Shown here: piece by piece, positions 45,590 through 54,414 of the stretch | Layout of the letters: each line of letters opens with the position of its first letter | Numbering within the stretch: the first letter of the stretch is position 1 | Source: Gemmatimonadales bacterium | GTDB lineage: Bacteria > Gemmatimonadota > Gemmatimonadetes > Gemmatimonadales > GWC2-71-9 | Length of the DNA: 64,000 nucleotides | Assembly: GCA_041615815.1 (NCBI GenBank) | Contig: JBFJCP010000004.1 | Location: 1-64,000 of the forward strand | Reading direction: 5' to 3' | Translations under genes and position numbers: made by a program | Notes under the pieces: model-generated | The model's database searches: none | Told to the model about the DNA's origin: nothing | The model's input: only the letters and a program-made list of their open reading frames with translations

Positions 45590-46708
45590 TCAGTCCAACA
45601 GGAGGCGTCTGATCCCGCGGTCGAGGAGGGCAAGCGCCGCGTCGAGCTCCGCTGGCTCGTTGCCGAATCCGAGTCGCAGGTGATGTGGACGATCGAAGTG
45701 CTCGCCGGGCACGAGGAGGATATTCTCCTCCGCGCGGATCGACTCGACGAGTTGGAGCGCCTCCATCGGGTGCCGGTAGCGCACGAAGCAAATGGCCCCG
45801 GCCTGGGGGGGTCTCCAATCGAACAGCTCGCCAAACTGTCCGAGCCACCGTTCCAGCGTTGGATAGTTATTCAGGAGAATGGTTCGGGTTCGCTGAAGGA
45901 TGGCTTCCCGCACCGTGAGGGCCCGCACCGCCAGATAATCACTGGCCGGACTGGGACCGATGACCGTGTAATCGTGCCGTTGCACGACGGCATCCCGGAA
46001 CGTCCGTGGACCCACGATCCAACCGATGCGCAGTCCCGGAAGGGCGTATGCTTTGGAAAGTCCGTTGACGATGATGAGGCGGTCGTACCCGCCCCACAAC
46101 GAAGAAGTGGTGACACCGTCCAGTTCGGCCCCTTGATACACCTCGTCGGCTAGGACCCACGCTCCAACGGCGCTCGCCCGCTCGAGAATGCCCCGCCGCG
46201 CTTCCGCCGACAAGACGTGTCCCGTCGGATTGTTGGGGTTGGTGACGACGACCAATTTGGTCTTGGCCGGGATCGTCCGGGTCAGATCGTCCAAGTTGGG
46301 CTCCCAGCCGAGCTCACGGTGCAGCGGCAGCGAAGTGACGTGCGCACCGAAATTCCGAGCTATCCCCCAGGTCTGCAGATACGTGGGTGTCAGCACGGTC
46401 ACGCGGTCGCCGGGCTCGATCAAGGTCCAGCAGGCGACGAAGTTGGCTTCCGAGCTGCCAACCGTGACCACGATCTGGTCATTGCTGGTGCCATCGTAGA
46501 GATCGGCGACGGCTGTGCGGAGGCGCTCGGTGCCGTCAGACTGACTGTACACCATGCGGAGGGCCAAGAACTCCTCGGGATCCGTACCGGCCATCGTGAG
46601 CAGTTCGGAGATCGCGAGGGGATGTACCCCGCTTTCCGACAGGTTGTACCGCACGCGGTTCTCCCACGTGCTTTGCCAACGCTCGAGATCGAAAGCATGG
46701 AAGGACAC
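45590..46708 (-). CDS. Class I/II PLP-dependent aminotransferase
   Basis: NLSES, TNPNNPTG, LADEVY, GLSKAYALPGLRIGW, LRLGFG; GTG start inferred. Confidence 0.92.
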   Translation of the reverse strand: MSFHAFDLERWQSTWENRVRYNLSESGVHPLAISELLTMAGTDPEEFLALRMVYSQSDGTERLRTAVADLYDGTSNDQIVVTVGSSEANFVACWTLIEPGDRVTVLTPTYLQTWGIARNFGAHVTSLPLHRELGWEPNLDDLTRTIPAKTKLVVVTNPNNPTGHVLSAEARRGILERASAVGAWVLADEVYQGAELDGVTTSSLWGGYDRLIIVNGLSKAYALPGLRIGWIVGPRTFRDAVVQRHDYTVIGPSPASDYLAVRALTVREAILQRTRTILLNNYPTLERWLGQFGELFDWRPPQAGAICFVRYRHPMEALQLVESIRAEENILLVPGEHFDRPHHLRLGFGNEPAELDAALALLDRGIRRLLLD

Positions 46709-46738
46709 GGCGCTGCTCCGAGGGGGACGAGCGAATAT

Positions 46739-46835
46739 GGCTGGATGGCAGGGAGGACGGAAGGCGAGAAAGTGAGAAGGTTGGAAAGTGAGCCTGTCGA
46801 ACATTCCAACCTTCCAATCCACTCGCCTCCGACGT
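46739..46835. repeat. Degenerate 8-bp tandem repeats in inverted arrangement
   Basis: ggctggat ggcaggga ggacggaa ggcgagaa agtgagaa ggttggaa facing ttccaacc ttccaatc. Confidence 0.6.
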
Positions 46836-46851
46836 CGCGCTGCTTCCGTTG

Positions 46852-47946
46852 TTAGCTTCCTCGTTGGATCCGGACGGAACCCGAGCCGGTGTCGATCTCG
46901 AGGCGGCCGTTGCCATCCCCGATGGTGCCTGCGACGTACGTCCGTTCCCATTTCTGAAGTTGCATGGGAAAATCGATGTCGATGCCCCCGCTGCCGGTGT
47001 CGATCTCCACACGGGCGCCGAAGTCGTCGGGGACGGTGACGGTCACGCCGCCGGACCCGGTATCGATGACCACACGTCGCGGGACGCTCGTAAGCTCGAG
47101 GTGCACGGAGCCGCTGCCCGTATCGAGTAGAACGTCCTGTGCGGAAGCGTTACCGACCTCGATGCGCCCCGAGCCGGTATCGACATTGAGATCGCTCACG
47201 GTGACATCCGAGACCGTGACTCCACCGGAGCCCGTGTCCACGATGAGGGTGCCACCGCTCACGCGACTGACGTCGACGGTGCCCGATCCGGTATCCAGGA
47301 GTATGTCACCCTGGGCATCGGAGACGCGAACATGTCCGCTACCGGTATCGACGACGAGCGACCCGGACGTTCCGCTGGCTTCCACGGAGGCGTGGTGCGT
47401 GTCGATGCGGATACGTCCGTCGACGTTGGTTGCGGTGACCTCACCGGCCGCGAGATAGAGATCGAGACGCTGTGAGGGCGGCACCAGGATCCGGAGATCT
47501 GCCCAGGCCTCGAATCCGCTGCCGTAACTGGAGATCCGAACGCGACGGCCGCGGCCGCGGTCTCGCCAGTCCGAGTCGCTGAAGGTGCCATCGTCCCGCA
47601 CTCGGAGTTGTGTGTCCCAGTGACCGCGATCGTCTCCGTACACGATGTCATCGTCGGGGTAGACGACTCGGAGGGTTTGGCGTCCGTCGATCGGGCCTCG
47701 TGCCACTTGGAGCCTCGACGCGTCGGGCCCGCGGCGGGTCAGCTCGACGACCACGGCGGACCCGGTTCCGCGGACCAGCGTGGCCGTGCCCGCCAGGTTG
47801 TAAATGACCACGTCGGGTGCGGCAATCTCGTATCGCTCTGTTTGTTGGGCGGTTGCGGGGAGCTCGAGCGCGAAGAGGAACAGACCGGCCATCGCGAGGG
47901 ATCGGTATGGGACGCACCAGGGCGCCCACATGCGCGGCAATATCAT
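46852..47946 (-). CDS. DUF4097 family beta-strand repeat (adhesin-like) protein
   Basis: Signal peptide; many DTGSG-x-V repeats at about 19-20 aa spacing; AAGGAG SD. Confidence 0.87.
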   Translation of the reverse strand: MILPRMWAPWCVPYRSLAMAGLFLFALELPATAQQTERYEIAAPDVVIYNLAGTATLVRGTGSAVVVELTRRGPDASRLQVARGPIDGRQTLRVVYPDDDIVYGDDRGHWDTQLRVRDDGTFSDSDWRDRGRGRRVRISSYGSGFEAWADLRILVPPSQRLDLYLAAGEVTATNVDGRIRIDTHHASVEASGTSGSLVVDTGSGHVRVSDAQGDILLDTGSGTVDVSRVSGGTLIVDTGSGGVTVSDVTVSDLNVDTGSGRIEVGNASAQDVLLDTGSGSVHLELTSVPRRVVIDTGSGGVTVTVPDDFGARVEIDTGSGGIDIDFPMQLQKWERTYVAGTIGDGNGRLEIDTGSGSVRIQRGS

Positions 47947-48044
47947 GGGGAAACTCCTTGGATCTCGGGCTTAGGATCCTGACGGTTTGCCCCGTTGGAT
48001 AGTTTCACTGGCCGGAACGTTGCATTCGGGGGGGGTCGGTTTCC

Positions 48045-48992
48045 TCAGGGCCCCCCGTCGGCAGACACGGGTTCGAACGGGGCGCGTGCCCCATCCTTCC
48101 CCTCAAGGCGGTTGTCGTAGAACCGCGTGGTCGGGTACGCGAAGTCGACATCGTCGAATCGGGCAAAGGCCTCGAGTATGTCTTCCCAAATGGTCTGGGC
48201 GGTTCCCCGTCGTTCCCTGGGGTCGCACAAATACCGCACCGTGAGGAGCACACCGCTATCGATGACGCTCGTGTACACGATGGGTGTGAGCTTGGAGTAG
48301 AAAATCATGAATCGGCGCGACACCTCGCGAATATTGTGCTCGGCTGTTTCGGTGAGATGGGTCGCGTGGTCTCGCGCAATCTCCTCGAGTGCTTCCTTGG
48401 CCCGGCGCCAGTTGCTTTCGAACGTGACCAAAACGGGAAGCTCATTCCAGATGTGCTGGAAGCCCTTCGTGTAATTCGCCAGAGGATCAGAGAGCACCCT
48501 ACCGTTGGGCACGTGGATGATGCGACCGGTGCTCTGATCGGCGTGCACCCAGTTCCCGATCTCCATGAGCGTGAACTGGAAGATCCGGATGTCGATCACG
48601 TCACCGCGGTTGTCGCCCACCTCAATACGGTCGCCAAGCTCGAATGGCCGGCGCCACACAATGAACGCCCAGCCTGCCAAATTCACGACCAAGTCCTTGA
48701 GGGCGATCGCCAGCCCAGCGGAGACCAGGCCCAGGAACGTCCCGAGCGAGCCAATGGCGTTGGCCCAGATGAAACCGACGATGATGACATCGAGCGCAAA
48801 CGAGGTGTAGCTACTGGATTTCTGCCACCGGTAGCGCGCCCGAATGTCGTCCACGCTGCGGAACACCACGGAGAGGACGATGCGGCGGAGACCCCAGACC
48901 GCGAGCACGACCAGGACCGACGCCAGCAGCTTCTGTTGGGTCGCCAGCCCGATGCCCAGGGATTGCTGAATCCAGGTAGAAACCTGTTCCAT
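48045..48992 (-). CDS. mscS: MscS-family mechanosensitive channel
   Basis: LGLVSAGLAIALKD, PFELGDRIE, QSTGRIIHVPN, FAYPT. Confidence 0.92.
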   Translation of the reverse strand: MEQVSTWIQQSLGIGLATQQKLLASVLVVLAVWGLRRIVLSVVFRSVDDIRARYRWQKSSSYTSFALDVIIVGFIWANAIGSLGTFLGLVSAGLAIALKDLVVNLAGWAFIVWRRPFELGDRIEVGDNRGDVIDIRIFQFTLMEIGNWVHADQSTGRIIHVPNGRVLSDPLANYTKGFQHIWNELPVLVTFESNWRRAKEALEEIARDHATHLTETAEHNIREVSRRFMIFYSKLTPIVYTSVIDSGVLLTVRYLCDPRERRGTAQTIWEDILEAFARFDDVDFAYPTTRFYDNRLEGKDGARAPFEPVSADGGP

Positions 48993-49051
48993 CCGTGTGT
49001 CCCGCTACGTTGGTGAATATATGACGACGGGTGGATGGCGTTCGCTAGCCC

Positions 49052-49702
49052 TCACACGGGGCTAGGCGCCAACGCGGCCAATTCGGAGGGGTGGGAGAGC
49101 CAAAAATCCGGTGTATAGGGCTCGAGCGCCTGCTTCGTGAACGGCCCCCAGAGGACCGCCGCCACGCGCACGCCGGCCGCGCGGCCGGCCCCCATGTCAT
49201 GGGTGGAATCTCCCACGAAAATCGTCTCACCGGCGGCGGCTCCCAATCGGTCGAGAGCCATCCGTACCGGTTCCGGATCCGGCTTTGGGCGCGCAACGTC
49301 GTCCGCGCACACCAGCACGTCGAAGTACCGGGCCAGGTCGCAGTGTTCCAGCCCCCGGATGGCCGATTCCCGCATCTTGCTGGTCACGACACCGAGGCGC
49401 GTCCCCCGGTCGTGCAGCAGACGAACGGCCGCGTCGACCCCGGGATACCGACGCACCAACCGATCGTGGTGCTGGCGGTTGTGTACGCGATACGTCTGCA
49501 CCATGGCCTCGATCTCAGCCGGGCTTGCCGTAAACCGTCGGAACTGCACCGAGATGGGGGTGCCAAGTCCCTCGAGCCAGAGCTCGTCCGGCGGGACCGC
49601 GCCGCGATGCGTCTCGAGGGTGTGACGATACGAGCTCAAAATCAGCTCGATGGTGTCGATCAGTGTCCCGTCGAGATCGAACAGCAGCGTGCTGGCTGAC
49701 AC
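49052..49702 (-). CDS. HAD-family hydrolase (PpaX/phosphoglycolate phosphatase-like)
   Basis: FDLDGTLID, VVTSK, KPDPEP, VGDSTHD; 1-nt TAGTG overlap with iorB. Confidence 0.9.
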   Translation of the reverse strand: MSASTLLFDLDGTLIDTIELILSSYRHTLETHRGAVPPDELWLEGLGTPISVQFRRFTASPAEIEAMVQTYRVHNRQHHDRLVRRYPGVDAAVRLLHDRGTRLGVVTSKMRESAIRGLEHCDLARYFDVLVCADDVARPKPDPEPVRMALDRLGAAAGETIFVGDSTHDMGAGRAAGVRVAAVLWGPFTKQALEPYTPDFWLSHPSELAALAPSPV

Positions 49703-51837
49703 TACGCCCGCATCGGCAGTCGACGGATGCGGGTCCCGCGTGCCCGCGCGAGCGCATTAGCGACCGCCGGCGCAATGGGCGGCGTACCGATTTCCCCGAC
49801 CCCGCCGGGGGTCGGGTGTCCCGCGATCATGTGCACGTCGATTGCGGGCATTTCGTTCATTCGGAGCATCCGATAGTCGTGAAAATTGCTTTGCACCGCC
49901 CGCCCGTTCTGGATGGTGACTTCCCCGTAGAGTGCCGCGGTGAGGCCATAGACGACGGCACTCTCGAGCTGAGCCTCGACCGTGTTCGGATTGACGACGG
50001 GACCGCAATCGACGGCGCAGGTGACGCGATGAACACGAACGGTGTCGGCGGTGGCAGAAACCTCGGCCACCTGGGCCACGATGCTGCCGAAGGATTCGTG
50101 GAGCGCCAGGCCGCGTGCCCGACCCGTGGCGGCGGGCGTTCGCCAGCCGGCGCGTTCCGCCGCCATCTCCACCACCCGGCGATAGCGTGGCCGGCCGGCC
50201 AAGAGATGCTGGCGCAACGCGAGCGGATCGCGCGCCGTGGCGCGGGCAACCTCGTCCAGGAAACACTCGATGGCGAAGGCGTTCTGCGAGTGGTTGACCG
50301 ACCGCCAGAAGCCCACCGGGACCCCGGTATCCGCCCGATGATAATCCACCACCACATTCGGAATCTCGTAGGGGAGCTGCACGGCCCCCTCTACCGCTTC
50401 CTGGTCGACACCGTCCTTGATGAAATCCGGGAACACCCTGCCCATGACCGACGGGCACACGATCCGATGACTCCAGGCCACTGGCCATCCGTCGCCGTCC
50501 AACCCGGCGCGGAGGACGTGATAGGACGCCGGCCGATAGAAATCGTGCTGGATGTCGTCCTCGCGGGACCACACGACCTTGACGGGCCTGCCCGTTGCCT
50601 TCGACAGCTCGAGCGCGTCGGTCACGAAGTCGAGTTCGAAGCGGCGTCCGAATCCGCCACCCAGGAACGTGGTGTGGACCGCGATCTTTTCGGCTTCGAG
50701 CCCGGTGATGCTGGCCGCCAGCCGGCGGCATCCGCCTTGGTTTTGCGTCGGTGCCCACACGTCGCACCCGTCCGGCCGCACGTGTGCCGTCGCATTCATC
50801 GGCTCCATGGTGGCGTGTGCCAGGAACGGGAGCTCGTACACCGCCTGCACGGTGCGAGCCGCACGCGCCATGGCCTGATCAACATTGCCGTCGTTCCGAG
50901 CGACCGCTCCCGGACGCGCGGCCATTTCCCGAAACCGAGTGCTGATGGCGTCACTCGCGAGCTGTGCGTGCTCCCCTTCATCCCACGAGATCTTCAACGC
51001 ACGCTTCCCCTGCAGCGCGGACCAGTACGTATCCGCAAGCACGCCCACCCCGTGGTCCATGCGGACAACGCGCTGCACGCCCGGCACGGCGAGCGTGGCC
51101 CGGTCGTCGACGTCCGTCGCGTGTCCGCCGAACACCGGGCACCGGGCCACCGTCGCCACGACCATCCCCGGGACCCGTACGTCGATCCCAAAGGTGGCGG
51201 TGCCGTCCACTTTCTGCGGGGTGTCCAAGCGCGGGCGGGGTGTCCCGATGAGTTTGAAGTCCGCGGGATCCTTGAGAGGAACGGATTCCGGTACTCGCTG
51301 GCCGGCGGCAGCCTCGACCAGCGTGCCGTACGCGGCTCGGCGACCGCTGGGTGCGTGTTCGACGGCTCCGCGCTCGGCGCGGCATTCGGAGGCCGGCACG
51401 CCCCACTGCTCGGCGGCGGCGGCGATCAGCATGACCCGCGCCGCGGCGCCCGCTGTGCGGAGCGGCTCCCACGCCACACGCACACTCGTGCTCCCGCCCG
51501 TTGCCTGCGTGCCGACCAAAGGATTGGCATACGCCGGGTCGCCGGAGGCGAACGCGAAGCGGACGCTCTCCCAGTCCACTTCGAGCTCCTCGGCTACCAG
51601 CATCGGAAGCGCGGTTGCGACACCTTGTCCCATTTCCGAGCGGTCGACCAGGATCGTGACCACGCCCTCCGCGTCGATGCGAACCCACGCGTTGGGGGCG
51701 AAACCGTCCGCGCCCCTGGCTCGAGGGTCCGCGTCCCTGGGTCGGCAGGCCGGGAGGTGGACACCCAGCACGAGCGCGGCACTGGCCGCTCCTGTGACCT
51801 TCACGAAATCCCGTCGCGTCACCGCACGATTCGTCAT
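49702..51837 (-). CDS. iorB: Xanthine dehydrogenase-family molybdopterin-binding subunit (IorB-like), Tat-exported
   Basis: TRRDFVK Tat motif; SEMGQG, TGGSTS, AHATMEP, LGGGFGRR, GGVGE. Confidence 0.9.
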   Translation of the reverse strand: MTNRAVTRRDFVKVTGAASAALVLGVHLPACRPRDADPRARGADGFAPNAWVRIDAEGVVTILVDRSEMGQGVATALPMLVAEELEVDWESVRFAFASGDPAYANPLVGTQATGGSTSVRVAWEPLRTAGAAARVMLIAAAAEQWGVPASECRAERGAVEHAPSGRRAAYGTLVEAAAGQRVPESVPLKDPADFKLIGTPRPRLDTPQKVDGTATFGIDVRVPGMVVATVARCPVFGGHATDVDDRATLAVPGVQRVVRMDHGVGVLADTYWSALQGKRALKISWDEGEHAQLASDAISTRFREMAARPGAVARNDGNVDQAMARAARTVQAVYELPFLAHATMEPMNATAHVRPDGCDVWAPTQNQGGCRRLAASITGLEAEKIAVHTTFLGGGFGRRFELDFVTDALELSKATGRPVKVVWSREDDIQHDFYRPASYHVLRAGLDGDGWPVAWSHRIVCPSVMGRVFPDFIKDGVDQEAVEGAVQLPYEIPNVVVDYHRADTGVPVGFWRSVNHSQNAFAIECFLDEVARATARDPLALRQHLLAGRPRYRRVVEMAAERAGWRTPAATGRARGLALHESFGSIVAQVAEVSATADTVRVHRVTCAVDCGPVVNPNTVEAQLESAVVYGLTAALYGEVTIQNGRAVQSNFHDYRMLRMNEMPAIDVHMIAGHPTPGGVGEIGTPPIAPAVANALARARGTRIRRLPMRA

Positions 51838-51838
51838 C

Positions 51839-52303
51839 TCACACCCCCCGCGGCGCCCGGGCGGCGCGGTGCACGGCCCGGCGGATTCGATTGTACGTAC
51901 CACAGCGGCACACGTTGCCCGACAGGGCGGCGTCGATATCGGCGTCGGAGGGATCGGGGTTCGCGGCCAGCAAGGCGGCGGCGCTCATGAGCTGTCCGGA
52001 TTGGCAATACCCGCATTGGGGAACGTCTTCATCGATCCAGGCTCGCTGCAGTGGATGCAGCGTGTCGCTCGCCAACCCCTCGATCGTGGTGATGGACTTG
52101 CCGGCCGCAGCGGCGATAGGTGTCGAGCACGACCGGACCGGTTGACCGTCGAGGTGGATGGTACACGCCCCGCATTGGGCGATCCCGCAGCCGAACTTAG
52201 TTCCCGGAAGCCCCACGACATCCCTGACGATCCAGAGAATGGGTACGTCGGGGGATACGTCGAGAGACTGCGGCACGCCATTCAGGCTGAAACTGATCGC
52301 CAT
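51839..52303 (-). CDS. iorA: (2Fe-2S)-binding subunit (IorA-like)
   Basis: [30 protein letters not shown]. Confidence 0.93.
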   Translation of the reverse strand: MAISFSLNGVPQSLDVSPDVPILWIVRDVVGLPGTKFGCGIAQCGACTIHLDGQPVRSCSTPIAAAAGKSITTIEGLASDTLHPLQRAWIDEDVPQCGYCQSGQLMSAAALLAANPDPSDADIDAALSGNVCRCGTYNRIRRAVHRAARAPRGV

Positions 52304-52458
52304 CGTACACGCTCCGATGGGGTTGGGGGTGCACGAAAGGTGGTGGAGCGACGGAAGCCGGTCAACGGGCAAGACGTGATGAGTGAGGACGTGGAGTGTA
52401 GCAGGTCGTCAGATCGCAGATTCCAGCATGCGGACGGCAGATCGTCTGTGGTGAGATC

Positions 52459-53184
52459 TCATTCTTCCTTGGGTGTGGATTCGCCTATGGGGTGCTCGGT
52501 GAGCCGGGCCGTTTGATCGGTGAGCCGCTCGAGCAGGTGGCGGAACCGGCGGTCCGTGCGGCGTGCCACAAGGCGCCAAAACGCTCTGGTACCCGTCCAA
52601 GCGACTCCGACGAGACCGGCTGAGATCCCTGTCCCCAGGAGGAACGATGGCTCCAACGTGGTCCACACCAGCGCCGACGCGGCCGTGGCCGCCACCCCAG
52701 CGCCGATCAGGGTCCAATGAGCCGGATCGTCGTACCGGCCGAGGAGGCGAATCCGCGTCCTTCCGTAGCGAGTGGCGATCTGCGCCTGGATGAGCGGGCC
52801 CTCGTCGGTCTTGTGCGTCCACTCGATTCCATCCGACAATTCGCGCACATCGCCCGATTTGGCCAATGTCCACCGAATGGTTTCCACCAGCTCGTCGAGC
52901 TCACGATTGTCGAGGTCTCCGCCCACAGTGCGTTCGAGCTGAAACGTGGTGGGGCCGCCAATGATACGTTCGAGGGTCCTGGGTTCCTCGGCCGACAGCG
53001 CGGCGGCGGCGCGCTGGACCGCTTCGGGATCGATACCGGCTTCGGTGGCAATGCGCTCGATTTCCGCGATGGTGTGGCCGGACGGCACGAGGTCCGCGGG
53101 GGCGAACTCCTCGAGTTGTGCGGCCAACTTGAGGATCAGCGCGGTTTCCCGTTCCGTGTATCGGCGTTCGGGCTCGATGGCCAT
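52459..53184 (-). CDS. Hypothetical membrane protein
   Basis: N-terminal RRYTERETALILKLAA..IERIATEAGIDP helical domain; two C-terminal TMs. Confidence 0.7.
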   Translation of the reverse strand: MAIEPERRYTERETALILKLAAQLEEFAPADLVPSGHTIAEIERIATEAGIDPEAVQRAAAALSAEEPRTLERIIGGPTTFQLERTVGGDLDNRELDELVETIRWTLAKSGDVRELSDGIEWTHKTDEGPLIQAQIATRYGRTRIRLLGRYDDPAHWTLIGAGVAATAASALVWTTLEPSFLLGTGISAGLVGVAWTGTRAFWRLVARRTDRRFRHLLERLTDQTARLTEHPIGESTPKEE

Positions 53185-53378
53185 GCGGGAAAGGTCAGGT
53201 CCGCGGAAGACACCGTCAACCGAAACGCCATGCGGTTGCCCATGATGGCCTGGAGCAAGGAGCGGGCACGGTGTCAAAGCACCCGTCGCCCGTGCCCCGT
53301 TTGTTGTCGCGTCAGGTCACGTCCGTACCCATGGTTGGATGGGATCCGCACGGTCCATCCGGTGCGCCAGGAGATACG

Positions 53379-54368
53379 ATGATTTGGCTCGTGCTCGGGC
53401 TTGGGACGCTGTTCCTCGGGATACTCCTCGTGCGGTACATGGTTTCGATGCCATCGCGATCGCACCGTGGATCCCTCCCGCCACTCAGCGAAGCGGAAGC
53501 GGTGGTGGCGATCCAGCTTCGGCGGCACGTCGAGATGTTGGCGCATGCGATCGGCGAGCGCCACCTGTACCGCCCCGCCGCCCTGGAGGCGGCGGCCGAT
53601 TATATCTCCGCCGAATTGACGGCCGCGGGGCTCCCGGTCGTGTCGCAGCGCTTTGCCGTTCAGGGAGTAGAGGTGCGAAATCTCATTGCGACCGTTGACG
53701 GCGCGGACCTTGGGCAGGAGATCGTCGTCATCGGCGCCCACTACGACTCCGTGCCGGGGTGTCCGGCTGCCAACGACAATGGATCGGGTGTGGCGGCCAT
53801 GCTGGAGCTGGGGCGGTTGTGGTCGGGGCGCCCGTGCCGAAGAACCTTGCGCTTGGTAGCGTTCGTCAACGAGGAACCGCCTTTTTGCTTTACGAGTGCC
53901 ATGGGAAGCCGCCGATACGCGCGTGTCTGTCGCCGTCGGAACGACGACGTAGTGGCCATGGCATCGTTGGAGACGATCGGGTGGTACTCGGAAGCGCCCG
54001 GGAGTCAGCGGTATCCCCCGCCGTTTGGATTGTTCTATCCCAAGGTCGGGAATTTCATTGGCTTCGTGGGTAATCTGCGGTCCCGGCGGTTGGTCCAACG
54101 GTGCGTGGGATGGTTTCGACGTGGCGTTGCCTTCCCGTCTGAGGGAACGGCCGCACCGGGATACCTGCCGGGAATTTTCTGGTCGGATCACTGGTCGTTT
54201 TGGCGCGAGGGGTACCGCGCCCTGATGGTGACCGACACAGCCCCGTTCCGGTATCCGTATTACCATACGGCGCAGGATACCGCCGACAGAGTCGACTATG
54301 AACGGACCGCGCGGGTGGTTACCGGCCTGAACCGCGTGATCGAGGGACTGGTGAACGAGACGATGTGA
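53379..54368 (+). CDS. M28-family peptidase
   Basis: IGAHYDS, ANDNGSG, NEEPP, SDHWSF, YHTAQD; AGGAG SD; N-terminal TM. Confidence 0.9.
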   Translation: MIWLVLGLGTLFLGILLVRYMVSMPSRSHRGSLPPLSEAEAVVAIQLRRHVEMLAHAIGERHLYRPAALEAAADYISAELTAAGLPVVSQRFAVQGVEVRNLIATVDGADLGQEIVVIGAHYDSVPGCPAANDNGSGVAAMLELGRLWSGRPCRRTLRLVAFVNEEPPFCFTSAMGSRRYARVCRRRNDDVVAMASLETIGWYSEAPGSQRYPPPFGLFYPKVGNFIGFVGNLRSRRLVQRCVGWFRRGVAFPSEGTAAPGYLPGIFWSDHWSFWREGYRALMVTDTAPFRYPYYHTAQDTADRVDYERTARVVTGLNRVIEGLVNETM

Positions 54369-54404
54369 AGAGTGAGGCGGGCCAGCTCCGGCCTCACTCG
54401 TCAC
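54365..54404. terminator. Hairpin between convergent genes (possible bidirectional terminator)
   Basis: GTGAAGAGTGAGGC ... GCCTCACTCGTCAC, 14-bp stem with one mismatch; no U-tract. Confidence 0.5.
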
Positions 54405-54414
54405 GCTGCACCGT

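Noticed and set aside
46860..47360. Regularly spaced about 57-60 bp DNA repeats resembling a CRISPR array
   Set aside because: They encode the DTGSG repeats of the DUF4097 protein, vary at wobble positions, and no cas genes are present.
49663..51990. 775-aa plus-strand ORF
   Set aside because: Antisense shadow of iorB/iorA; no motifs; typical high-GC artefact.
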